Assembly (NCBI GenBank): GCA_964505155.1
Contig: CAZDGL010000003.1
Span: forward strand, 5,728-69,727
Source of the DNA: an uncultured Candidatus Saccharibacteria bacterium
GTDB taxonomy: Bacteria > Patescibacteriota > Minisyncoccia > Phycocordibacterales > UBA9973
Reading direction: 5' to 3'
Length of the DNA: 64,000 bases
Shown: in pieces, positions 1-10,300 of the stretch
How positions within the stretch are numbered: position 1 is the first letter of the stretch
How the letters are laid out: each line of letters starts with the position of its first letter
Program-made: the position numbers and the translations under genes
Notes under the pieces: model-generated
Seen by the model: the letters and a program-made list of their open reading frames with translations, nothing else
Databases searched by the model: none
Told to the model about the DNA's origin: nothing

Positions 1-2
1 AT

Positions 3-2552
3 ACTACACCTAACAGTCTATTTACTGTAGGCCCAGCTTCAGAATTTCAAGTCAATTCTTCTGGTGCAATTATTGCTGCAACAGGGATAACAATGACTTC
101 AGGGGATATCATAACTTCAAACCTAGGAGTGAATTATACAGATTCAGACACAAACCCAGGATGTGCTGCTGGTGAATACAAAATATTTGCAGATACTTCA
201 GAAACAAAACTAAAGAAATGTACAAACGGCACTATCACTGATCTCGATACAACAGGTGGAGGTGGAATTACTGTCGGCGGGGCTATTGCAAGTGGTGCGA
301 CAAACCGTGTCTTGTATGAAGATGGCTCAAACCTTCTTGCTGAAAGTGCTAACTTTACATATGACGGTACTACATTAGGAGTATCTACATCTTCTACAAC
401 TGCTTCCAACAAAGCTTTGAACATAGCTCAAACTGGGGCCACCTCAGGCACTGATTATGCCGGCTACTTCTCAAACACTGGCGCTGCAACAACAAACGTT
501 GGTTTATATACTACTGCTTCCGGAGGTACAACAAATCTCGGACTTAATGTCGATGCAGGGCAAACACTTCTTGGAGGAACAACACTTAGTACAGGTACAC
601 TTGCAAAACTAAACATAGTCTCTACCATGGCTTCAAACGGTTCAACTACTGCTATCGCTGGAATTCATGGTGACTATACATTTAACAACGGTGGAACTGC
701 TAGTTTTGTCCAAGTCGGCAACAGATTTGTATTTAATAATGCCCCAACAACCAATGCCAACACTATGGTAGGTGAAGTCATAAGAACAGTAGACAATACT
801 TCTCTTGCAAACCTTGTCCGTGGTATTGAAATTACATCAAACGCTGGTAGTAACACTGCAGGAACAAATACAGGGTTACGTTCTACTGGTGCAACCTTTG
901 GTGTACAAGCTATCACAAATGGTGCTGCGGGAGGAGTATCAGTGCCAGCAGGTCTATACGCAGAAAACACTGGCACAACTCAGGGAGATGTAGCGAGGTT
1001 CTATACAGGATCCATGACTTCTGCTGCTTCAATGCTAAATGTCTATCACGACACCTCTACATTTACTGGAACAGCGCTTCTTATGGATATGGCCGTTTCA
1101 ACAGGAACATTTTCAGGTAATTTTGTAGACTTCAAAAATGCAAGCGTTAGTAAGTTCAAGGTTACATCTGCTGGTGTAGTTAGTATGGGCCTCTCTGGTA
1201 CCGCTTCTACAAATGCGGTTTGTTCAAGTTTAGCCAATGCCACTGCTCCTACTGCAGGTACAGCTTATGAGCTCAGAGATTGTAACGCAGCTCCAGCAGC
1301 TGACTATGCCGAAATGTATCCTGTAGAAGAGGGGGTAGAGTTTGGAGATATCGTCGCAACCGGAGTAGATATGGTAGATACTTACGATGTTACAGATGGA
1401 AATGTGGATTGGACAAAGCTAAAAGGTAAGATTACTCGTATGATCAAAACTACACAAAGTTACCAAAAAAATGTGGTAGGTATAGTTGTTGATAACTACG
1501 GAGATTTTTCTTCAGTTGGACACAATATAAAAGAAGAAGACAACCCTATGCCAATAGCACTCAACGGACGTGTACCAGTAAAGGTAGCAAGTGATTCCGA
1601 AATCATTATGCCAGGGGATTATTTGACAACTTCTAGTACAGAGCCAGGTAAAGCACAAAAAGCACAAAAAGCCGGTTTTGTTATTGGTAAAGCGCTAGAA
1701 GTTTGGACTCCAAATACAAATACTCCAACTGTTATGGTTTATGTCGAGCAAGGTTTTTATAACGGCATAGGGGTAAGTCAGTTTGCTGGTATTGAAGCAA
1801 CAAGCGAAAACTTTGCCAACCAAGTTCTTGGAGCATTGCTAAGCACACCACCAACTACAGTTTCTGTCTCAGAGGTACTTACCGATAGACTTGTTGCCGG
1901 ACTGGAAATCATAACTCCAAAGCTCTACGCACAGAGTGTTGCTACAGATGCACTTGTTACTGCTACAGGAGAAAAGATAGTTATAGGCTCTCCTGTAGAG
2001 TTTACTTTGCCTCCTATTTTCAATAAAAATACAGCCGGTTATGCTCTTATCAAGCAAGGGGATAAGAGGGTCAAGGTAACCTTTGATCAAGTATATGTGG
2101 CAACTCCTGTTGTAAATGTATCTATGACATTTGAAGTAGAAGATGATATAGATGACGAGGAGGCGCAGTCATTGTTTAACGATGATATACGTTTTATTGT
2201 CCTTTCCAAGGATCAGACTGGTTTTACTATACTTCTCAACAAACCAGCTACTCGTGATATAAGATTTTCTTGGAACGCTTTGGCTGTGAAAGATCCAAAT
2301 ATATTTGAAAGTATTGTAGAAGGGCTAACAATCGAACAAGAAAACAATCAAAACAATCAAAACAATCAAGGTACTCCTCCACCAGAAGAAACTCCAAATG
2401 AAGAAGAACCAGATGGGTCTGGTTCTTCAGAAGAGCCAGTAGTAGAGCCTGGGACAGATCCAGGAGATAGTGGCCCAACTATAGATCAATTATTAGACCC
2501 AGAACCCCAATCATCAGGTGAATCGACACCACAAGAAGAAGCATCATTTTAA
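3..2552 (+). CDS. C-terminal part of a large surface/fibre-like protein with a Peptidase_G2-like (intramolecular chaperone) domain; 5' end lies outside the window
   Basis: Frame is open from base 3 (TTPNSLFTVG...) into ORF 93..2552. Gly/Thr/Ser-rich beta-type region, then ADYAEMYP...VVGIV...PIALNGRVPVKV...PGDYLT...IGKALE, then a beta-sandwich-like domain and an acidic Pro-rich tail. Confidence 0.75.
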   Translation, partial: TTPNSLFTVGPASEFQVNSSGAIIAATGITMTSGDIITSNLGVNYTDSDTNPGCAAGEYKIFADTSETKLKKCTNGTITDLDTTGGGGITVGGAIASGATNRVLYEDGSNLLAESANFTYDGTTLGVSTSSTTASNKALNIAQTGATSGTDYAGYFSNTGAATTNVGLYTTASGGTTNLGLNVDAGQTLLGGTTLSTGTLAKLNIVSTMASNGSTTAIAGIHGDYTFNNGGTASFVQVGNRFVFNNAPTTNANTMVGEVIRTVDNTSLANLVRGIEITSNAGSNTAGTNTGLRSTGATFGVQAITNGAAGGVSVPAGLYAENTGTTQGDVARFYTGSMTSAASMLNVYHDTSTFTGTALLMDMAVSTGTFSGNFVDFKNASVSKFKVTSAGVVSMGLSGTASTNAVCSSLANATAPTAGTAYELRDCNAAPAADYAEMYPVEEGVEFGDIVATGVDMVDTYDVTDGNVDWTKLKGKITRMIKTTQSYQKNVVGIVVDNYGDFSSVGHNIKEEDNPMPIALNGRVPVKVASDSEIIMPGDYLTTSSTEPGKAQKAQKAGFVIGKALEVWTPNTNTPTVMVYVEQGFYNGIGVSQFAGIEATSENFANQVLGALLSTPPTTVSVSEVLTDRLVAGLEIITPKLYAQSVATDALVTATGEKIVIGSPVEFTLPPIFNKNTAGYALIKQGDKRVKVTFDQVYVATPVVNVSMTFEVEDDIDDEEAQSLFNDDIRFIVLSKDQTGFTILLNKPATRDIRFSWNALAVKDPNIFESIVEGLTIEQENNQNNQNNQGTPPPEETPNEEEPDGSGSSEEPVVEPGTDPGDSGPTIDQLLDPEPQSSGESTPQEEASF

Positions 2553-2557
2553 AAAGT

Positions 2558-3505
2558 ATGAATAATAACGAAAAAGAGTTTCATAAAAAAATAAAAAAAC
2601 AAAAAGTACTAATATTAGCGCTTTCGCTATGTTTGTTCATAGCTATTTTAATGTATCTAACGAAGTCTGGTGTAAATAGTTTATCAAAAGAGTTTACTTT
2701 ACTTGACCCATTGCGCCAATTCGTTCCTGCCGAAAACTATATTACAAACATACAAAGCTTAAGAGAATACCTACATCAATTAGAGGTAAAATATCCAGAA
2801 TCTATTTCCATTTATTATGAAAATATAAACTCAGGATCAAACATCTCTGTAAATAAAGATTTGCGATTGTTCCCGGCATCACTTTCTAAGCTTGTTCAGG
2901 CTATACTCATCGTAAATAAAGTTGAAAAAGGGCAAATGGCCTTTGATCAAAGACTCAAAGCCTTGCCAGAGGATCTATCATCAGGATCTGGAGAGCTTTA
3001 TAAAACTATAGGTGAAAGTTCTCTGACAGTAGAGGAATTATTGCAAGAATTAATTGTTAATTCTGATAACACTGCTCAAAATATTTTTAGACATTATTTG
3101 GATTTTTCAGATTATCAAGATTTTCAAAACAATACAGGTCTGCAGGACTTGTACAATGAAAAAGGTTTCATCTCATCTAAAGAGTACACTCGTATACTTC
3201 GTGTGCTTTACACCTCAAACTTTTTGAAACCAGAAAACTCACAAAAGATTTTAAAATACATGTCCCAGTCTTCTTTCAAAGATTATCTCTCTCAAGGTAT
3301 ACCAGATGGGGTAGTGTTTGCCCATAAGTATGGAGAAAACAAAGACTACAATATTTTTGCTGATTCTGGCATAGTATATGTCCCAGGCAAGCCTTACATG
3401 ATCTCAGTAATTATAAAAGGCAAAGACTCTAGCCCAGAAACAAGAGTTTGGGCAGCAAGCTTGATGAAAGAAATTTCACAAAGAGCATATGAAGTAAATA
3501 AATAA
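2558..3505 (+). CDS. Membrane-anchored serine hydrolase, class A beta-lactamase/PBP-like fold
   Basis: N-terminal TM helix; SxxK (PASLSK), SDN (NSDNTA) and HKYG in place of the KTG motif. Confidence 0.85.
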   Translation: MNNNEKEFHKKIKKQKVLILALSLCLFIAILMYLTKSGVNSLSKEFTLLDPLRQFVPAENYITNIQSLREYLHQLEVKYPESISIYYENINSGSNISVNKDLRLFPASLSKLVQAILIVNKVEKGQMAFDQRLKALPEDLSSGSGELYKTIGESSLTVEELLQELIVNSDNTAQNIFRHYLDFSDYQDFQNNTGLQDLYNEKGFISSKEYTRILRVLYTSNFLKPENSQKILKYMSQSSFKDYLSQGIPDGVVFAHKYGENKDYNIFADSGIVYVPGKPYMISVIIKGKDSSPETRVWAASLMKEISQRAYEVNK

Positions 3506-3512
3506 TTAATTA

Positions 3513-3543
3513 AAAAAATCTTCACATGTGTGAAGATTTTTTT
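3513..3543. terminator. Bidirectional intrinsic terminator between convergent genes
   Basis: AAAAAATCTTCACA-TG-TGTGAAGATTTTTT hairpin with A/T tails. Confidence 0.8.
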
Positions 3544-4252
3544 AATTAGGTTTTATTTTTATGATTCGAACTCTTTTTTTATCAATGAGAGGTATAGTGA
3601 CTCTTAGGAAACCGTGAGATAGTAGGGAATCCACTTTGTCTATTTCTATATTATAAGGCAAGTCTATAGTGCGTGAAAAATTTCCAAAAAAGATTTCTTC
3701 AATAAAAGTATTTTCTTTAGAAAAAGCATTTTGTTTTTTTCTTGAACCACCAATAGTTATATTGTCATACGTTACTTTTATTATAATATCTTCAGGGCTG
3801 TTGCCACCAACAAATGCCTCGATAAATAGTGCTCCATCTTTTTCATACATGTCGATAGGGAGCTCTGCTGTGCCCTCTTCTGTTTGAAACTGTGGAAAAC
3901 TATTTTGAACATAATTTGAAGACTCTATTTTTTCAAACCAAAGCTTAAAATAATCTATATTTTGAGGCGAAATAATCTCGATAATTTTTAGTAAATTTTC
4001 ACCGGTTGATACATCAGTAAGGTAGCTTTTACCATCGCTTGAGGGGAGTTTCAGTTGGTTACAATTTGTAACCAACTGCGGATTAGCCTTTTGTAATCTA
4101 CTTTTTAAGACCTTCCAATAATTTCGAGCATCAGAGCTTTCTGAGACTACTGCCACAACGTCAACAACAGAAAAGTACCATTGTTTGCTAGTCTCATCAT
4201 ATTGTCGACGAATTATGTTCTCGTCTATATCTTTGTGCCCGAGCGTATTCAT
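3542..4252 (-). CDS. BRO-N (phage antirepressor-like DNA-binding) domain fused to an Hsp20/alpha-crystallin domain
   Basis: N-half: IRRQYDE..WYFSVVDVVAVV..ARNYWKVLKSRL..LVTNCNQLKLPSSDGKSYLTDV. C-half: LPIDMYEK..IEAFVGG..EEIFFGNFSRTIDLP..LSHGFLRVTIP. Start moved to ATG 4252 to avoid overlap with the divergent gene. Confidence 0.8.
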   Translation of the reverse strand: MNTLGHKDIDENIIRRQYDETSKQWYFSVVDVVAVVSESSDARNYWKVLKSRLQKANPQLVTNCNQLKLPSSDGKSYLTDVSTGENLLKIIEIISPQNIDYFKLWFEKIESSNYVQNSFPQFQTEEGTAELPIDMYEKDGALFIEAFVGGNSPEDIIIKVTYDNITIGGSRKKQNAFSKENTFIEEIFFGNFSRTIDLPYNIEIDKVDSLLSHGFLRVTIPLIDKKRVRIIKIKPN

Positions 4253-4338
4253 AATATATGTATAAATACTATTGTATAACAAGATTTTTTAGAAGACTAT
4301 TTGTACAGTTATGTTGTATAATTATCTGTATAAAAAAT

Positions 4339-7300
4339 ATGAATGTAGCTATCAAAAAAATACTAAAACCTTTAGCCATAATTTTCGCCGCAACTTTTGT
4401 TTTTTGTTTTTTTTCTAGTGAATATAGCTATGCCGCAACTCGTACTTGGACTGGAGCAACTAGTGGCTCATGGTCTGTAGGATCAAACTGGTCAGGAGGA
4501 GTTGCTCCGGTGACAGGAGATGATCTGGTTTTCCCAGGTGGTGCATCAAACCTATCCAACACCAATGACCTCACAGAAAATACTATCATCAACTCTATCA
4601 CTATCTCTGGTAGTGGGTATACACTCTCTGGTAATCCAATCATCTTGGGTCCCGGTCTTGCTGGCCTTACTGATAGTGCATCTTCTGGTGGCAACACAGT
4701 AGCTCTTGATATTCGTCTCGACGCTACTCGAGATATTTTTGTTACAAACTCTGGAGAGACTCTTACTATTAGCGGGCGCATTGCCGGTGTGGGTGGTATC
4801 AACAAAGAAGGAACAGGTAAACTCGTACTCTCAGGTGCAAATACTTTTGGTGGTATTTTAAAAATCAACGTAGGTATTGTTAATGCACAAAACAACACTG
4901 CGCTTGGAACCATAGCAGCAGGAACTGAAGTTGTTGGTAATGCAGCACTCGAACTACAAGGCAACATAGACATCAGTTATGAAGCACTGGCTCTTCGTGG
5001 TTATGGGGTAAGTAGTACTGGAGCCCTAAGAAATATTAGTGGAACCAATACATATCGTGGACTCATCACACTTTCATCTGCTGGTGGTACAGAGATAGCA
5101 TCTGACTCCGGAACCCTTACAATCACCGGTGGTATGTCAGGAGCATTTCCTCTTGTGATTGATGGCTCTGGTGATGTTACTTATTCAACAACACCAATAG
5201 CTACGGGATCTGGTACTGTCACTAAAAACGGTTCCGGTACACTCACTTACAACTTTCCAAATACTTATAGTGGTCTTACGACTATAAACGCTGGGACACT
5301 TCTTTATGGTGTCGATAATGCTATTCTCACTGGCGCTATTACAGTAACTGGTGGGACGCTTGATATAGCGACTTATTCAGATATGGTCGGATCAGTAGTA
5401 GTTGGAACTCTCGACCTTGCAAGTGGTACTATCACTGGCTCAACTGGTGTTCTAAGTAGTGCTGCGTGGACTGTTTACAACGGTACTATATCTGCCATTA
5501 TCGCCGGATACGCTGGAACACTAACAAAAAGTACAACAGGGACAGTGGTGCTGACTCGTGCCAACCAGTTTACAGGAAACACAACAATAAGTGCCGGTAT
5601 TTTAGAAATCCAAAATAGCACATCTCTTGGTTTTATCGATGGTATTACGACGGTATCAGCTGGAGCAACACTCCAGATCAATGGTAGTGGCCTTTCTATT
5701 CCCGAATATATTACATTCTCTGGTACTGGACATTTGTATACTGGCGCTATAAGGAATATGGGTGGGGATAATACCTTGACAGGCTTACTTACCCTTGGGG
5801 CAGCAGCCAGAATCAAGTCTGATGCCAGTACTACACTAACTATTGATTCCAAAGGCCTTTCTGCGACAACACTTGGTCTTACTATTGGAGGTGCTGGAAA
5901 CACAACTTTTACTTCTACGGCACCTATATACGGAACTACAGCTACTCTTACCAAACAAGATAGTGGTGTTCTAACAATGCAAGCTTTTAACAACTTTACT
6001 GGTGCTACAAACTTAAACCGTGGGGAGATTGTACTAAGTAGTACAGGAGCTATGCCTAACTCTACTATTACTGTAGGTAGTGGAGGAACTCTTACCCTAG
6101 ATAATTCATCTACAACTCTTTTAAATCGTATTAGTGATTCTGCTGCTCTTACTATGAATGGTGGAAGTTTCAATTTTATAGGCAACGCAACTGGTACCGC
6201 TCTTGAAAATGCTGGAGCTCTCACTATTGCTTCGGGGCACAATACGGTGACTGTAACTCCTGGTGCTGGAGGTCCGACAACTATGAATTTTGCAAGTCTG
6301 TCACGCACGGCTGGAGCCACGGTACTTTTTCGTGGAACAAATCTTGGTTCCAACCCCGCACCCAACATCTCTACTATCATGTTTACTTCCGCTCCGGCAG
6401 TACTAGGTGGAGGTGGTGGAGCTGGTACTACTACTGCTAGTATCATAAAAGGTGCATTTGGTGACAGCTCTCTCTCTGGAACAGGTTCTGATATGGTCAC
6501 TTATAATCTTGGAAACACCAATGGGCTCCGCCTTTTAAACGGTGCTGGTTTCTCTGGTGAATATGCTTTTACACTAGCAACAAATGCCAATGTAAAACTT
6601 GTTGCTGATACTGTAGCGAGTACATCTAGTATTAATTCTCTTATTTTAGACGGATTTAGTATTACAAACCCAGGGAGTGCACAGACTATCACTCTATCAT
6701 CTGGATCTCTTGCTGGAAATATTCTTATGAATTCAGCAACCAGTATAGCTGGCGCAAATACGACACTCGGTATAACTACTAACCATCTTGATATTTTGAC
6801 AACAGCGAGTGCTACGATCTCTGCTGTTATTGGTACTGCGGTGGCTGGATCAGTCGCTATCAGTGGCACAGGAAGTGCGACAGTAAGTGCGGCTAATCTT
6901 TACACTGGTACAACATTTATCAATAATGCAACACTTTTTGCTGGGGCAACCAATGCGCTCTCTAGTGGTGGCGTGACTGTAGTAGGAGGTACATATGACT
7001 TGGGAAACTTCAATGATACTGTAGGTGCTGTCATACTTCAAAATGGAACTATAACTAGTGGTTCGGGTACTTTGTCTGGAACTTCTTATAGTCTTCGTGA
7101 AGGAACAGTAAGTGCGATTCTCGGCGGAGGAGCTGCTACTGTCACACGTATCGCCACAAGTGCGGCAGCTGATAGTGTGGTCACTATGACTCGTGACAAT
7201 ACATATACTGGAACAACAACAATCACAAGCGGAATACTTAAACTCGGTGCAGCCGGCGGTGGAACAAATACACCACTGGGTACCACTGGTGGTGGAACAC

Positions 7301-10300
7301 TCATTGCTAGTGGAGGAGCGCTAGATCTAAATGGTTATACTCTCGGAACAGCTGAAGCTATCACGTCTTTGGCAGGAACAGGTTTTGGTGCTTCTGGTAG
7401 TAGTAATATGGGAGCTATTATGAACAGCTCAGCTTCGCCTGCAAGCTATAGTGGAGCCCTGACACTTACTGCTGCGGCTCGTATCAATGCTGATGCTGGA
7501 GCACTTACTATTAGTGGGAATGCTTCTGGAAACTTTGCTCTAACCTTCGGAGGATTTTCTGATATCACTTATTCAGGAGTACGCTCTGGTACTAGTACTA
7601 TTGTAAAGGATGGAGTGAATACACTAACTCTTTCAAGTGGAAGCTCTTCTTATACAGGGGCCACTACTATAAGTGCTGGTACTGTAAAGGTTGGTGCTGC
7701 TTCAGTTGGTGGCACAAACTCTCCGCTTGGTACAACTGGTGGTGCTACTACTGTCGCGCTCGGTTCTCGACTTGATCTAAATGGATTTAACCTTGGAATA
7801 GCAGAACCTCTTACCCTAAACGGTGTCGGGTATGGACTCGGAGACTTTGCAAGTGGAGCTCTTGTAAATAGCTCAGGATCTACTGTAACTTATAGCGGAC
7901 TTATTACACTCGGGTCTGCTTCTACTATCAAAGCTGATTCGGGTACTGTTAACTTGACTGCTGCGGGTACAATATCAGGAGCAACGTTCGGACTAACTCT
8001 TGGCGGAGCAGGCACAGGAACACTCTCTAGTATTATAGGAACAACAACTGGTACAGTTACAAAAATAGATACAGGAACATGGACGATTTCAGGAGTTAGT
8101 ACTTATACAGGTGCTACTACTGTTAGTAGGGGCACTCTTAGATTGGGTGGTGGTGCAGGGGGCCCGACAAACTCAGTTTTAGGTACTACAGGTGGAGCTA
8201 CATCTGTTTTGAGTGGAGCGGTCTTGGATTTAAATGGTATTACTTTAGGTATAGCTGAGTCGCTTACAATAAACGGACGTGGAATAGACGATGGAGGTGC
8301 TCTTATCGGTGGCGCTGTGACTTGGCCTGGTACTGTTGCTCAAGCTACTGATTCTCGTATTACATCTTCTTCTGGAACACTTACTATTACTGGCGCCGTG
8401 AGTGGAGCCTTTGCTCTTTATGTTGGTGGTGCCGGCAATACTACATTTAGTACAGCTACTGGTACTGCGGGACTTAGTTTAACAAAACAAGGTGCCGGAA
8501 CTTTGACGCTAACTGGTACCAATACTCATACTGGGGCAACTCGAGTTGAATCCGGCACACTGGCTTATGCTGCATCTACGACCTTAGCGGCGACTGCGCT
8601 CACTGTTCTCGGTGGTACTTTTAACAGCGGTGCAAACGCTGACACTATCGGTGCTGTAACACTTATCGGTGGAACTATTACAAACTCTGCCGCTCTTACA
8701 GGTACTGCATATACCTTTGAAGGTGGAAATATTAGCGGTATTTTAGCTGGAGCAATTGCTGTAACAAAAAATACAAACAACACTGTCACTTTATCTGGAG
8801 TCAATACTATTAGTAGTACCATAACTATCAATGCAGGAACACTTACTTTCAGTGGTTCGGGGTCAGCTACTAGTGTTACCGGTGTTACAGTAAACCTCGG
8901 TGGTACATTGACTCTTGATAACTCTACAACAGCTGTGGCTGATAGACTCAACGGTACGGGTGGTACAAATGCCATTGTGCTGACAATGAACGGTGGCAAC
9001 TTCAACTTCATCGGTAATGGGGCAGCAGCATCTTCTGAAACACTTGGTCAGCTTGCTCTTGCATCGGGACACAACATTGTGACAGTTACTCCTGGTGCTG
9101 GTGGATCTACAACTCTTACTTTTGCAACTAACCCTGGATTTAACAGAACAGCTGGAGCAACAGTACTCTTCCGTGGTACTAATTTCGGCTCAAACTCTGG
9201 CGCCAATGTCTCTACTCTCGTATTTTCTACTACCCCTACACTAACTGGTGCAGGTGGAGCATCTGGTTCAGCGACAGTTAGTATTATCAAGGGTGCTTTT
9301 GGGGATAGCTCTCTTTCTGGAACAGGTTCTGATATGGTTACATACCAAGGTGGAACAGGACTTCGCTTACTTAACGGTGCGGGGTTTGCCAATGAATACT
9401 CTGGAGATTTTCAAACTGCCAATGCTAACGTTAAGCTCACTGCTGATCGCGCAGCAGTTGCTACCAACACCAACTCGCTTATACTAAACGGCTTTAGTGT
9501 TACTAACCCTGGAGGCGCAGTTACTATACCTATGGCTTCGGCATCACTCTCTGGTAACATTCTAATCAATTCAACAAATAATATCGCTGGCGCAAATACA
9601 ACTTTGGGTATTACCACTTTTGAATTACCTATTTTGGCTACAGCAAGTTCCACTATTTCCGCAACCATTGGTACTGCCACAACTGGCTCTCTAACATTAA
9701 GTGGCTCTGGTAACGTCACTCTCACTGCAACAAACGCTTACACCGGTACAACATTTATAAACAACGCTATACTGACCTCTGGTGCAAACAATGTGTTATC
9801 AAGTGGAGGTGTGACAGTAGTAGGTGGAACATACAACCTAAACGGCAATTCAGATACTGTCGGTAGTATATCTATAAATGCTGGAACTATTGCGACAGGT
9901 GCTGGTACTCTTACTGGCAACGGAACATTTACTACTGTTGCAAATGCTAACTTTGCTTCAATAATAACTGGTAACTTAGGTCTTGGCGCTAATGCTACAT
10001 TTACTATCAACGATGGACTTATGGATAATGACGCAGTTATCTCTGCAGTGATTAGTGGGGGATTTACTTTTGCAAAAGCGGGTAATGGAATTCTAGAGCT
10101 CTCTGGTAGTAACTCATATACTGGCACAACTACTATAAGCGGAGGAATACTCCGCCTGGGTGCTTCCGGTGGAGCTACAAACACTCCTCTTGGAACTACA
10201 GCAGGAGGAACCACCGTCTCTGGTGCAAGTTCGGCGCTTGATCTCAATGGTTACTCTCTCGGTACCTCTGAAGCACTGACCTTAAGTGGCGCTCTAGCAA

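Noticed and set aside
2558-3505. Antibiotic-resistance beta-lactamase
   Set aside because: Fold motifs are present, but KTG is altered and no omega-loop ExxLN is visible; activity cannot be claimed.
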